Shown here: piece by piece, positions 1 through 9,709 of the stretch | Position numbering within the stretch: position 1 is the stretch's first letter | Layout: the number at the start of each line of letters is the position of its first letter | NCBI GenBank assembly: GCA_027451365.1 | Contig: DAIDJN010000003.1 | Location: 1 to 35,009 of the forward strand | Length of the DNA stretch: 35,009 bases | Direction: 5' to 3' | Origin: Phycisphaerales bacterium | Lineage (GTDB): Bacteria; Planctomycetota; Phycisphaerae; WQYP01 | Made by a program: the position numbers and the translations under genes | The notes under the pieces: model-generated | What the model was told of the DNA's origin: nothing | The model's input: the letters and a program-made list of their open reading frames with translations, nothing else | Database searches by the model: none

Positions 1-128
1 ACCTGACCCAACTGCTGGCCAACCTGCCCACCACACCAAAGGACCAGCTTAGCCTTTGGCTGCCGGACGCCTGGAAACACAGGCAACTGGCGGAAAACAA
101 AAGCGTCCTGCTGACAGAGCCGAAATAA
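1..128 (+). CDS. IS66-family transposase, C-terminal fragment (5' end outside window)
   Basis: Not in the ORF track. Frame from nt 3 reads LTQLLANLPTTPKDQLSLWLPDAWKHRQLAENKSVLLTEPK*, resembling the IS66 C-terminal motif (YL..LL..LP......L..WLP..W). Confidence 0.8.
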   Translation, partial: LTQLLANLPTTPKDQLSLWLPDAWKHRQLAENKSVLLTEPK

Positions 129-202
129 CGGCGGACTTCTCATGCACGCCTATTATCCAAATCCGGAAATAATAGGGTAGACGCAGTTCGTAATACGGAC
201 AC
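1..202 (+). mobile_element. Right end of an IS66-like element; terminal IR probably ends near 202
   Basis: Transposase tail followed by GACGCAGTTCGTAATACGGACAC, loosely like IS66 right ends (...CGCTTAC). Boundary uncertain because the partner IR is not in the window. Confidence 0.5.
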
Positions 203-570
203 TATGTATTCGAAATCTATACGTGCAAGTGGAGTCATAAATGGGGGCTGGACAATAAGCCGTGGATTGCTGATTCGGAACAAACTCGCAACTGACCGGG
301 CCAAAGACCTAGCGGATGCCCAGGAACTATCACGCGGGGATTAATGCGAATTGCCATCAGTCCTTTATCGGCTGCGGCGCCGGACCGTTTTTAAGAACTA
401 ATTTCAGCCAGCGTTCTGACCCCGTGAGGCACTGCTGCGCCGAGAGAGGAACGCCACCAAGGCCCGGATTCGCAAAAAAACACAGCCAAGGCAAACTGTT
501 AAGTCTGCCCTGGCTGTTTACGAATTCAGTTAAATCAGCGATATGGGACCACCGCAAAAAAAGCGAAAAC

Positions 571-1101
571 CTATTTAGTGGCGGCCTTTTCCCCTATTTT
601 GGGAGCGCGGAATTTGCCAGTTTTAGGATCCTGCTTGTGTTTGTTGCGGTCGAGTTCCAGGGTTTTGGTGCTGCCGCCGACTTTGGTAATTTTTTCCAGA
701 GCCTGCTTGCTGAATTTGGCGGCAACAACGGTCAGTTTGCGGGTAAGCTCACCATCGCCAAGAATCTTGACTGGAAATTTTTCATCGCGAATCAGGTGAT
801 GGGCAACCAGAGCCGCGGCATCAACAGTTTGTCCGTTCTGAAACGCCTTTTCCAGATCGCCGACGTTCACAATGCTGAACTTCCGGGCAAAATAGTTGTT
901 ATTAAAACCGCGTTTAGGAATGCGCCGAAACAGGGGCATATTGCCGCCTTCTGACCCGAAGGCTGGTCCGCCACCGGCGCGGGCACCGCTGCCCTTGGTG
1001 CCGCGAGTGGAGGTTTTGCCATGTCCGCTGCTTTCGCCGCGGCCGACGCGCTTACGCTTTTTGTGAGCACCAACCAGTGCGGTAATTTCGTGAATAAACA
1101 T
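571..1101 (-). CDS. rplO: 50S ribosomal protein L15
   Basis: KRKRVGRGESSGHGKTSTRGTKG, EGGNMPLFRRIPKRGF and KILGDGEL motifs; basic C-terminal tail. Confidence 0.97.
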   Translation of the reverse strand: MFIHEITALVGAHKKRKRVGRGESSGHGKTSTRGTKGSGARAGGGPAFGSEGGNMPLFRRIPKRGFNNNYFARKFSIVNVGDLEKAFQNGQTVDAAALVAHHLIRDEKFPVKILGDGELTRKLTVVAAKFSKQALEKITKVGGSTKTLELDRNKHKQDPKTGKFRAPKIGEKAATK

Positions 1102-1274
1102 AACTTAACTCCTGTGGCGGCTAATTCAGCCAAATGCCGTTAGGCCGCAAAATACAGTTCGTGGCTTTATTGATACCGGACGAACTTAAGCCGACATTTG
1201 CCCGCGGATAGTCCCCTGCCTACATCCACCAACATTTTTCGGCCACATTTCTGATCTCCAGACTTAAGGGTCTG

Positions 1275-1763
1275 TCAGCCCAAGGTAACACCACGGCTGG
1301 ATTCAATCATTTCGCGGGTGCGAAGTGATTCAAGTGCGACCATGGTCGCCTTGCAGAGATTCTTTTTATTGGTGGAACCGTAAGCCTTGGTCAGCACGTC
1401 ACGAATGCCCACCAGTTCCAGCAGCGGCCGGACAAATCGGCCCGCCTTGACGCCAGTGCCTGGACGGGCGGGGACCAGTTTGATTCTGCTTGCACCGAAG
1501 CGTCCCATGACTTCATGGGGGATCGTTCCACCAGCGAGATTAATGTTGACCATATGTTTCCGTGCGTCTTTGGTGGCCTTTTCAACAGCCGCCGGCACTT
1601 CCTTGGCTTTGGCATAGCCCAGGCCAAGTGATCCGCGATGATCTCCCGAAGCAACCAGCGCTTCAAAAGTGAAGTTTTTTCCACCCTTGACCACCTTGGC
1701 ACTGCGGAAAACGCCTACCGTGCTGGATTCCAGACCACTTTCTTCTTCAAATCGTTCTGCCAT
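1275..1763 (-). CDS. rpsE: 30S ribosomal protein S5
   Basis: RSAKVVKGGKNFTFEALV, GLGYAKAKEVPAAVEKA and PARPGTGVKAG; start placed at ATG 1763. Confidence 0.97.
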   Translation of the reverse strand: MAERFEEESGLESSTVGVFRSAKVVKGGKNFTFEALVASGDHRGSLGLGYAKAKEVPAAVEKATKDARKHMVNINLAGGTIPHEVMGRFGASRIKLVPARPGTGVKAGRFVRPLLELVGIRDVLTKAYGSTNKKNLCKATMVALESLRTREMIESSRGVTLG

Positions 1764-1826
1764 GAATAAGCTCGCTTTTAAGATATAAACCCGCCGGCTT
1801 TCTCCGGCCATTTCTGAATCATACAC

Positions 1827-2198
1827 TTAGAATTTTAAACCGGCATCACGTGCCGCATCGGCGAGGGCCTTAATCCGCCCGTGGTACCGATAGCCACCGC
1901 GATCAAACGCGACAAGGCTGATTCCTTTTTGAATTGCGCGATCAGCAATCGATTTGCCGATTGCAGCGGCAGCCTTGACATTGCCGCCGTTGGCGACGGT
2001 TTCACGCACGGCCTTTTCGGCGGTACTGGCCGAAACCAGAGTGCGTCCGGAACTGTCATCAATGACCTGCACATAAATATTTTTCTGACTGCGGAAGACG
2101 GTCAACCGTGGTCGAGCGGCCGAACCGCGTACCACGCCGCGCACGCGCTTTTCACGGCGTACCTGACGTTTCATCTTTACTGCTGCAATTGAACTCAT
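1827..2198 (-). CDS. rplR: 50S ribosomal protein L18
   Basis: [20 protein letters not shown] and [23 protein letters not shown] at 2198. Confidence 0.97.
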   Translation of the reverse strand: MSSIAAVKMKRQVRREKRVRGVVRGSAARPRLTVFRSQKNIYVQVIDDSSGRTLVSASTAEKAVRETVANGGNVKAAAAIGKSIADRAIQKGISLVAFDRGGYRYHGRIKALADAARDAGLKF

Positions 2199-2395
2199 AA
2201 ACACATTCCCGCCGCTGGCTATTTCAATCCGAACCACACTCCAGAGGCTGCCGACAAAAATTATTTGCCGTCGTGTGGCTGGCGGATCAGGTCAATCGTG
2301 ATCCGTGTAAATTATTTTTGCGCCGGTCCGCCATCCGCAATATCAAAGGCATGCAAAGAAGGCGATTCTCCGGAACGCTATTATTACCAAATCCG

Positions 2396-2962
2396 TTACT
2401 TGGCACCGGCACCAGCGAACTGTTTGCCAGCCTTTCGCTTGACAACCTCGCCCACATACCGAATTCCCTTCCCCTGATAGGGTTCAGGTTTACGGACGCG
2501 ACGAATTTCCGCGGCCAACTGGCCGACGGCCTGCTTGTCCGCCCCGCTGATTCCAATGCGCGTACCCTGAGCTTCGAGCTTGACGGTGACGCCTTCGGGA
2601 ACCGCGAGTTTGATCTGGTTGGCAAACCCCACCGACAGAACCACGGTTTTCCCCTGCAATTCCGCCTTGTAACCAACGCCTTGAATTTCAAGATCGCGGG
2701 AAAAACCATCCTGTACGCCTTTGATCATATTGGCGACCAGTGCACGGGTCAGGCCATGCAGAGAACGGCTAAGTTTTTCATCATCGATGCGTTCGACAAG
2801 AACCTCGTTGCCCGCTGCGCCGGGCCGCACGGATACCTTCACCTTGGCATGGTGAGCCAAGGCCAGTTTACCCTTTGGGCCTTCAATTTTGACGGTATGC
2901 CCATCCAGAGCCACCTTGACGGTGCCTGGAACGACAATGGGCTTTTTTCCAATTCGACTCAT
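2396..2962 (-). CDS. rplF: 50S ribosomal protein L6
   Basis: MSRIGKKPI and RKPEPYQGKGIRY. Confidence 0.98.
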   Translation of the reverse strand: MSRIGKKPIVVPGTVKVALDGHTVKIEGPKGKLALAHHAKVKVSVRPGAAGNEVLVERIDDEKLSRSLHGLTRALVANMIKGVQDGFSRDLEIQGVGYKAELQGKTVVLSVGFANQIKLAVPEGVTVKLEAQGTRIGISGADKQAVGQLAAEIRRVRKPEPYQGKGIRYVGEVVKRKAGKQFAGAGAK

Positions 2963-3054
2963 GGCTGTCCTCTGTTTATCCTGGCGGCTTTGTTACAGGG
3001 CCAAAGCCCATGGTCAACGCCTGTCCAGGCAATGTATCACCGGAAAGTCCGGTA

Positions 3055-3450
3055 TTAATGGACTGTGGCGAGCAATTCGCCACCAATATTCTGTTGCCGG
3101 GCCTGGCGGTCGCTAAGCACGCCGCGGCTGGTGGACAACAGTGCAATTCCCATTCCGCCGATCACCTGCGGAAATTCCCGCACGCTACGGTAAACCCGGC
3201 AACCGGGTTTGCTGACGCGGCGGATCTCCTGAATAATGGATTGACCGGCTGTCGAATATTTGATGGTCAGACGGATCAATCCCTGTTTGGTGCCGTCATC
3301 AAGCACAACAAAATCCGCAATGTATCCTTCATCCTTCAATACGCGGGCAATGCCCTCGCAAATACGGGAATTCTTTACATCCACGGTCTTGTGCCTGGCA
3401 TGGGCAGCGTTACGAATCCGCAACAGCATGTCGGCAATTGTGTCGGTCAT
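3055..3450 (-). CDS. rpsH: 30S ribosomal protein S8
   Basis: DTIADMLLRIRNA, RRVSKPGCRVY, GMGIALLSTSRGV and GGELL. Confidence 0.98.
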   Translation of the reverse strand: MTDTIADMLLRIRNAAHARHKTVDVKNSRICEGIARVLKDEGYIADFVVLDDGTKQGLIRLTIKYSTAGQSIIQEIRRVSKPGCRVYRSVREFPQVIGGMGIALLSTSRGVLSDRQARQQNIGGELLATVH

Positions 3451-3517
3451 GGGTTCCTCTTGTTCTTTTTAATGTCCGAGCGGCCGCGGCTTACACATAG
3501 CGGCTCGCCAGGTCCGT

Positions 3518-3787
3518 TTACCACGAGCTTTTCTTCAATCCGGGGATCTTGCCATCGGCCGCCAATTGCCGCAGCACAATACGGGAAACCCGGAACTTGC
3601 GATAGTAACCACGGCGACGCCCCGTGATTTCACACCGGCGAGCCAGGCGGGTAGCACTGGAATCGCGCGGCAGTTTAGCCAGCGCAGTGTAATTCTTTTC
3701 CTTCTTAAGTTTGCGGCGTTCATCCGCATACTTCGCCACAAGCTCCTGCCGCTTTTTATACCGATTTTTCCAAGCTGTTGTCGCCAT
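3518..3787 (-). CDS. rpsN: 30S ribosomal protein S14, 89-aa Zn-independent (C-) type
   Basis: [35 protein letters not shown]...[11 protein letters not shown]; only one Cys. Confidence 0.97.
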   Translation of the reverse strand: MATTAWKNRYKKRQELVAKYADERRKLKKEKNYTALAKLPRDSSATRLARRCEITGRRRGYYRKFRVSRIVLRQLAADGKIPGLKKSSW

Positions 3788-3836
3788 GAATCTTTCGCCT
3801 TAAATTAGCCTTCGTTTAACATTCTTATTCAACCGG

Positions 3837-4607
3837 TCAGCCGGCCTTACGCGTCTGGACATCATCCTTGCGGAACGGCATTCCAAGATGGGTCAAAAGG
3901 GCCCGGGCACCGGCATCATTCACCGCAGTGGTGACTATCGTAATGGCCATACCTTGTTGAAAATTCACCTGATCGCCATGTACTTCCGGGAAGACCGATT
4001 GTTCGGTCAGGCCAAGATTATAATTGCCGCGGCCGTCAAATGCCTTGGGCGATAATCCGCGGAAATCCTTCACGCGCGGGATAGCCAGGTTAATCAACCG
4101 GTCCAGAAATTCCCACATACGCTGTCCGCGAAGAGTGACTTTTGCACCAATTTCCATTCCTTCGCGGAGTTTGAAATTTGACACGCTTTTACGAGCGCGG
4201 CACACCTGGGCCTTCTGACCGGCAATAGCCGTCAATTCTTTGACAGCCGCCTCCAGCCGCGGCTTTTCAGTAATTGCCCGACCAAGTCCCATACTGATTA
4301 CAACTTTGGTAATCCGTGGAACGCTCATGGAATTCTGAATTCCAAGTTCACCTTTCAGAGCCGGCGCAATTTGTTCAAGATAGCGTTTGTAAAGGCGCGG
4401 GGAATAGCCTTCCGGAAACGGCTGAGGTTTTCCGTCGTCCTGGTCTTTGGAAGACTTGGATTTTTTAGATTCCGTAGACCCATCGCGGACCTTTTTCGCG
4501 GCTGCTTCATGCTCGGCTTTTTTTGCAGCCTTGGCCGCTTTTTCAGCTTCAATTTCCTGCGGCGACCGCGTCGGCTTGGCTTTCTTTTCTTTTTCTTCTT
4601 TGGCCAT
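3837..4607 (-). CDS. rplE: 50S ribosomal protein L5 with a ~69-aa charged N-terminal extension
   Basis: VPRITKVVISMGLG, KSVSNFKLREGM, IPRVKDFRG and FDGRGNYNLG. Confidence 0.97.
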   Translation of the reverse strand: MAKEEKEKKAKPTRSPQEIEAEKAAKAAKKAEHEAAAKKVRDGSTESKKSKSSKDQDDGKPQPFPEGYSPRLYKRYLEQIAPALKGELGIQNSMSVPRITKVVISMGLGRAITEKPRLEAAVKELTAIAGQKAQVCRARKSVSNFKLREGMEIGAKVTLRGQRMWEFLDRLINLAIPRVKDFRGLSPKAFDGRGNYNLGLTEQSVFPEVHGDQVNFQQGMAITIVTTAVNDAGARALLTHLGMPFRKDDVQTRKAG

Positions 4608-4665
4608 GATCATTCACCAGTTTCTTGAATACGTTAAATTTCATACCTGAGCCGCCGCGCGGCAA

Positions 4666-4995
4666 TCAGGCCTTTCCGATTACACCCAGGTCCGAGCCAG
4701 TTTTCACCGCGACGCGGTGCTTCTGTCCGTTTCGGATTTCAAATTTCACCCGCGTGCCTTTGCCGGTTGCCGGGTCCACGGGCTGAACTTTGCTGACATG
4801 CACCGGAGCGGCCTTCTGAATTCGACCGCCCTTGCGATTCTTTTCCGTTGGACGGATATGCTTCCAGACCAGGTTAATTCCTTCCACCAGAACCATGTCG
4901 CGGTCCTTGAGAACCGAAAGCACTTTACCCGTTCGTCCAGCGTCGCGACCGGACCGAATGTAAACTGTGTCATCTTTGCGTATACGGGCTGCCAT
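4666..4995 (-). CDS. rplX: 50S ribosomal protein L24
   Basis: IRKDDTVYIRSGRDAGRTGKV (KOW motif), VEGINLVWKH and APVHVSKV. Confidence 0.96.
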   Translation of the reverse strand: MAARIRKDDTVYIRSGRDAGRTGKVLSVLKDRDMVLVEGINLVWKHIRPTEKNRKGGRIQKAAPVHVSKVQPVDPATGKGTRVKFEIRNGQKHRVAVKTGSDLGVIGKA

Positions 4996-5077
4996 AACAT
5001 TTTCCTTGCGCTGTTTCAACGGCGACTGCCCGATTCCGCAGCCGCCGATTGATTTACCAAATCGGCATCATTCCTGG

Positions 5078-5464
5078 TCAGACAACTTCACTGGCCAGGG
5101 AGACGATTTTCATAAAATTCTTCTCGCGAAGTTCACGGGCGACAGCGCCAAAAATGCGCGTCCCGCGAGGACTTCCTTCGGCGTCCACAAGAACCGCGGC
5201 GTTGCGGTCAAAGCGGACATAACTTCCATCCGCCCGTCGGGTCGGCTGTTTGGTGCGGACGATGACGGCCTTGGCGACTTCGCCCTTTTTTACATCGCCG
5301 TTGGCCATCGCCTTTTTCACGGCCACCACTATAAGGTCGCCGACTCCCGCGGTCTTACGGGTAAATTTTCCCCGAGCCGTAGATCCCCCGAGCACCTTGA
5401 TGCACATCACCTGTTTGGCACCGGTGTTGTCCGCTATATCGAGTCGTGTCTGCTGTTGAATCAT
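5078..5464 (-). CDS. rplN: 50S ribosomal protein L14
   Basis: [17 protein letters not shown] and [13 protein letters not shown]; short insertion [12 protein letters not shown]. Confidence 0.98.
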   Translation of the reverse strand: MIQQQTRLDIADNTGAKQVMCIKVLGGSTARGKFTRKTAGVGDLIVVAVKKAMANGDVKKGEVAKAVIVRTKQPTRRADGSYVRFDRNAAVLVDAEGSPRGTRIFGAVARELREKNFMKIVSLASEVV

Positions 5465-5591
5465 TTAAGCACCAGTTAACCTGAAAATACTGCCTGTCGT
5501 TTCTTTCACACATCCGTCGTGCCGACCCAACCGGCATCGGAACCGTTGTCCTGTGGGCGCCGCCAACCCGGTGGCCGCCATCATCCGCCGA

Positions 5592-5975
5592 TTATCCGGC
5601 GTGATTCGCCTCTGCCGAACCCGCCGGTTCAGCGGCCTTCCGCTTTTCAAACATCTGCGAGGCTTCACCGGAAATCGCAGACAGATCAATCTGGGGTCCA
5701 CGGCTGACAATCCGCACCAGCCGATGGGATTTGGTCTTACTGTACGGGCGGCACTGCATCACTTCCACATGGTCACCCAGGTGGCTTTCGTTGTTTTCGT
5801 CATGCACATGCAGAACAGTCTGGCGTTTGAGATACTTGCCGTACTTGGCGTGGCGGGCGAGATATTCCACCACCACCTTACGGGTCTTGCTGACCTTATC
5901 ACCGGCAACCACGCCAATGATGCGCGTCCTAAGGCGCCGTTTGCTGTTCTGAAGTTCGGTTGTTGCTGTGGTCAT
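5592..5975 (-). CDS. rpsQ: 30S ribosomal protein S17 with C-terminal extension
   Basis: GVVAGDKVSKTRKV, HAKYGK, HVHDENNE and RPYSKTK; alternative start at 5984. Confidence 0.96.
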   Translation of the reverse strand: MTTATTELQNSKRRLRTRIIGVVAGDKVSKTRKVVVEYLARHAKYGKYLKRQTVLHVHDENNESHLGDHVEVMQCRPYSKTKSHRLVRIVSRGPQIDLSAISGEASQMFEKRKAAEPAGSAEANHAG

Positions 5976-6001
5976 ATCATTCATTCCAAATCAAACCCTG
6001 T

Positions 6002-6232
6002 TTATTCAATCGTTCCCGCGGTGCCCGCGGATTCCCGCTGGGTGAGCAGCGTATGGATTCTGGCGATTTCCCGACGGTCCTTTTTAAAACGGGTCACGTC
6101 CTTGACCTTGGCCGTTACGGTTTCCGCCCGAAGATCAAACAGCCCACGGCGAAGCGTGGCTTCGCGCTGCCGAAGCTGCTGGTCATCAAGAACTTTAAGT
6201 TCATCCATCATCTGTTTGCGTTTTGTGGCCAT
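6002..6232 (-). CDS. rpmC: 50S ribosomal protein L29
   Basis: LFDLR and RREIARIHTLL; lies between rplP and rpsQ. Confidence 0.93.
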   Translation of the reverse strand: MATKRKQMMDELKVLDDQQLRQREATLRRGLFDLRAETVTAKVKDVTRFKKDRREIARIHTLLTQRESAGTAGTIE

Positions 6233-6283
6233 AGTTAATCGCTTTTTAAAATTAGAATCACACATCCCGTCATACGGGAGAAA

Positions 6284-6703
6284 TTACATCGTGTGCCGCC
6301 GGTGCATAAACCGGCAACGCACCGGCATTTTGCAGGCGACACGGGCAAACGCCCGTTTCGCCACGGCTTCATCGACGCCGGCAATTTCAAAAATAATGGT
6401 GCCGGGTTTCACTTCGGCAGCCCAGAACTCGGGTTCACCCTTTCCGGTTCCCATACGCGTTTCGAGCGGCTTTTTAGAAAAGCTCTTATGAGGGAAAATA
6501 CGGATATAAACCCGGCCTTCACGAGCCAGATAGTGTGAACAGGCCATACGGCCGGCTTCAATCTGCCTGCCGGTAATGCGACCCGGTTCAAGAGACTGCA
6601 GCGCGTATTCGCCAAAACTCACGCGATTCCCGCGTGTGGCGTTTCCCTTCATTACGCCGCGCTGCTGTTTGCGCCATTTAACCCGTGCGGGCATCATTGC
6701 CAT
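6284..6703 (-). CDS. rplP: 50S ribosomal protein L16
   Basis: PARVKWRKQQRG, RQIEAGR and KKPLETRMGTGKG. Confidence 0.98.
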   Translation of the reverse strand: MAMMPARVKWRKQQRGVMKGNATRGNRVSFGEYALQSLEPGRITGRQIEAGRMACSHYLAREGRVYIRIFPHKSFSKKPLETRMGTGKGEPEFWAAEVKPGTIIFEIAGVDEAVAKRAFARVACKMPVRCRFMHRRHTM

Positions 6704-6821
6704 GATTCAAACTCCAAGGGCATGTGAACATTTCCAGCATGCCAGACTCAAATCTTCCGGCCGGAATCCGGAACCATCTATTTTACCCGGCCGGTCTTAA
6801 CCGCCATTCGTCACCGAAGGC

Positions 6822-7523
6822 TTAACGACGCCGCGGCCGGCGCGGTGCCCGACCGGCACCTGCCGCTTCAACGGCGGCATCGAGGTCTGCATACAGACCA
6901 CGATATATCCAGACCTTAATGCCGATGACACCATACGGCGTGCGACAGTGCACCAGGCCATAGGAAATACAGGCCTGAAGCGTGTGCAACGGAATACTTC
7001 CGCTGATCTGCTTTTCAACGCGGGCGATTTCCGCCCCGCCGATTCGGCCCGATACCTGAATTTTAATTCCCAACGCCCCGGCGTTCCGCGATGCTTCGGC
7101 TTTCTGCTTAAGTACACGACGGAAGGAGGCCCGCTTTTTTAATTGTTCGGCAATGCCTTCAGCCACCAGGCGGGCATCAAGGTCGGGATTTCCGATCTCG
7201 GCAACTTCAACTTTAACCTTGCGAAGCGTGAGACCTTCAAGTTCATCACGAAGTTTGTCGATTTCCGCACCTTTAGGACCGATCACAACACCCGGCCGGG
7301 CGGTATGCAGAATCACGCGAAGCTCTTCGCGCGTGCGTTCAATTTCCACTTTGGAAACCGCGGCGTAAGGTGCCTGGCGGTTGAGCTTTTTATCCACGAA
7401 TTCACGAATTTTCTGGTCTTCCACAAGCAGTTCGCCGAAAAGCTTTTTAGGCGCAAACCACCGGCTGGACCACCCTTCGGTGATACCGGTACGGAAACCA
7501 ATTGGATTGATCTTCTGACCCAT
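6822..7523 (-). CDS. rpsC: 30S ribosomal protein S3
   Basis: MGQKINPIGFR, TARPGVVIG, SGRIGGAEIAR and IPLHTL. Confidence 0.98.
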   Translation of the reverse strand: MGQKINPIGFRTGITEGWSSRWFAPKKLFGELLVEDQKIREFVDKKLNRQAPYAAVSKVEIERTREELRVILHTARPGVVIGPKGAEIDKLRDELEGLTLRKVKVEVAEIGNPDLDARLVAEGIAEQLKKRASFRRVLKQKAEASRNAGALGIKIQVSGRIGGAEIARVEKQISGSIPLHTLQACISYGLVHCRTPYGVIGIKVWIYRGLYADLDAAVEAAGAGRAPRRPRRR

Positions 7524-7590
7524 AATGGACCTCAAAGAGCCTTTATCTTCCGGCCGCGGCAACCGCCATCCGCCGGTTCATTTAAATCCG

Positions 7591-8001
7591 TCAAGCAGCC
7601 TTTTCTGCCGCGCCGGTGCGGGCAACTGCCCGACTTTTTTTCTTGGCCTTACGGGCTTCTTCCCGCTGGGCGGCACCTTCATCAACTTCCACACAAATGT
7701 GGCAGGTACGCTTGTGAATTGCGTAGCTTTTGCCCCGATCTTTCTGCTGCATACGCTTGATAATCGGGCCGGCATCGCAAAAGGACCGCGACACGTACAG
7801 GTCTTCGACATCGGCCTTTTTTTCGTCCGCGTCGGCAATTGCAGCCTTGAGCACCTTGGCCACCATCAGCGCCGAGCGCTGTTTGGAAAACCTCAGGAGT
7901 GTCAGGGCTTCATCGGCTGCCTTACCTCGAATCAAGTCCGAAAGCAGTCGCGCCTTGCGCGGTGAGATTCGTGCGAATCGCCATGTTGATAAATATGCCA
8001 T
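7591..8001 (-). CDS. rplV: 50S ribosomal protein L22
   Basis: RISPRKARLLSDLIRG and IHKRTCHI; basic C-terminal tail. Confidence 0.97.
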   Translation of the reverse strand: MAYLSTWRFARISPRKARLLSDLIRGKAADEALTLLRFSKQRSALMVAKVLKAAIADADEKKADVEDLYVSRSFCDAGPIIKRMQQKDRGKSYAIHKRTCHICVEVDEGAAQREEARKAKKKSRAVARTGAAEKAA

Positions 8002-8048
8002 GATTTACCTCGTGCCTGTCCACCGCGAACCGCAGTTCGCAAGCGGGA

Positions 8049-8330
8049 TTAAGCCTTTGCTTCTTCCTTTTTCACCATGGTATGGCCCTTGAACTGCCGT
8101 GTCGGCGAAAATTCGCCGAGTTTGTGCCCAACCATGTCTTCAGTAATAAACACTCGCACATGCGTGCGGCCGTTATGAACCATGAACGTATGGCCGACAA
8201 AATCCGGCACCACAGTGCTGGCGCGCGACCAGGTCTTGATCGGCTCTTTGCTGCGCTGTTCATTGAGCTTATTGACCTTCTCCAGAAGGTGATACGCCAC
8301 GAACGGACCTTTTTTTGAACTACGACTCAT
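8049..8330 (-). CDS. rpsS: 30S ribosomal protein S19
   Basis: [11 protein letters not shown] and [13 protein letters not shown]. Confidence 0.98.
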   Translation of the reverse strand: MSRSSKKGPFVAYHLLEKVNKLNEQRSKEPIKTWSRASTVVPDFVGHTFMVHNGRTHVRVFITEDMVGHKLGEFSPTRQFKGHTMVKKEEAKA

Positions 8331-8429
8331 GCCTACCTCGGCCTATCTTAAAATCTGTTTCAGGGTCGCGTTTCCCCGCAACCCCGTTATTCGAGCCGGC
8401 ACCTTACAGTCCCGGCCGCACGTTGCCGT

Positions 8430-9296
8430 TTAGCGGCGTTTGAGCACCGATTCACCGTAACGGACCGTCATACGCCGACGGATAATTTTGTTGCTCGAAT
8501 TCTTGCGTGGGTTGCGTGTTTTTCCACCTTTGGCGGGCACGCCCCATTTGCTGACCGGGTGGCGACCGCCGCCCGATCGACCTTCGCCGCCGCCGAGCGG
8601 GTGGCTAACCGGGTTCTGGGCGACACCACGAACGGTCGGGCGGATTCCGCGATAGCGCATCCGGCCGGCCTTACCCCAGCGAATGTTAATCCAGTCCATA
8701 TTTCCAATCTGCCCGATGGTGGCCCGGCATTTCCAATTAATTTGCCGGACTTCACCGGAAGGCAACTGAATGGTGGCAAAACCAGCATCTTTACCAATCA
8801 GACGAGCGGCGCCACCAGCACTACGCACCAGACTGGCCCCCTTGCCGGGAACAGCTTCAATATTGTGAATATCAATACCGACAGGCGCGATTTCCAGCGG
8901 CATCGCGTTTCCGACGGTCTTTTCAATATCTGTGTTCACGCCGCTTTCCAGAACGTCGCCGACCTTCACTCCCACCGGCGCCAGTATGTAGCGCTTTTCG
9001 CCGTCGGCATAATTCAGCAGAGCAATAAAAGAAGTACGGTTTGGATCATATTCAATGGATTCAACGGTGGCCTTAACGCCATCCTTGTTGCGCTTAAAAT
9101 CAATCTTGCGGTACAACTGCTTGTGTCCGCCGCCGATATGCCGACAGGTGATCCAGCCCGTGTGGTTACGGCCACCGGTCTTTTTCTTCGGCTCGGTGAG
9201 TGATTTCTGCGGATCCTGCCGCGTAATTTCCTCGTAGGCGTTTACCGAGCTGAACCGTCGTCCCGCGGATGTTGGTTTGTATTGTTTGATGGCCAT
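8430..9296 (-). CDS. rplB: 50S ribosomal protein L2
   Basis: [16 protein letters not shown] and [21 protein letters not shown]. Confidence 0.98.
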   Translation of the reverse strand: MAIKQYKPTSAGRRFSSVNAYEEITRQDPQKSLTEPKKKTGGRNHTGWITCRHIGGGHKQLYRKIDFKRNKDGVKATVESIEYDPNRTSFIALLNYADGEKRYILAPVGVKVGDVLESGVNTDIEKTVGNAMPLEIAPVGIDIHNIEAVPGKGASLVRSAGGAARLIGKDAGFATIQLPSGEVRQINWKCRATIGQIGNMDWINIRWGKAGRMRYRGIRPTVRGVAQNPVSHPLGGGEGRSGGGRHPVSKWGVPAKGGKTRNPRKNSSNKIIRRRMTVRYGESVLKRR

Positions 9297-9367
9297 AAGA
9301 TGGATCTCGCTAAATATCGGCGGCCGCACGACCGCTCTGCTGTTTACACCTGCTGCTTAAATGCCGG

Positions 9368-9652
9368 TCAGAACATGTCAATTTTCTGATCCGGATGTAC
9401 TTGCACGACCGCCTTTTTCCAGGAAGGCAGACTCTTATAACCCGATCGCGTCCTTTTGGACTTTCCCGGCACCACAATGGTCCGCACACCAACAACTTTC
9501 ACGCTGTAAAGCTGTTCAATGGCCTGCTTGATCAATTGTTTGTCGGCCCGATCGTCAACTTCAAAGCTATAGGCGTTCCGCTGCGTACCCAGAAAAGTGG
9601 TCTTTTCTGAGATCAGAGGTCGCTTGATGATTTCCGCCAGATTTAGTTCCAT
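9368..9652 (-). CDS. rplW: 50S ribosomal protein L23
   Basis: IIKRPLISEK and WKKAVV. Confidence 0.97.
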   Translation of the reverse strand: MELNLAEIIKRPLISEKTTFLGTQRNAYSFEVDDRADKQLIKQAIEQLYSVKVVGVRTIVVPGKSKRTRSGYKSLPSWKKAVVQVHPDQKIDMF

Positions 9653-9709
9653 GTTCGTGAGTCCTTAAAGGCCGACCCTTTTTTTGCCGGCACCTGAATT
9701 CGAATCTCG

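Noticed and set aside
235..357. 40-aa minus-strand ORF (MAIRINPRVIV...) with an AAAGGA RBS downstream of rplO
   Set aside because: No similarity to SecY or any family I recognise, and too short to support.
316..954. 212-aa plus-strand ORF and the many similar plus-strand ORFs over the ribosomal, atp, glgP and dapF genes
   Set aside because: They are antisense shadows of well-supported minus-strand genes and show no recognisable motifs.
1102..1274. Possible unannotated rpmD (L30)
   Set aside because: No L30-like reading frame found on the minus strand.
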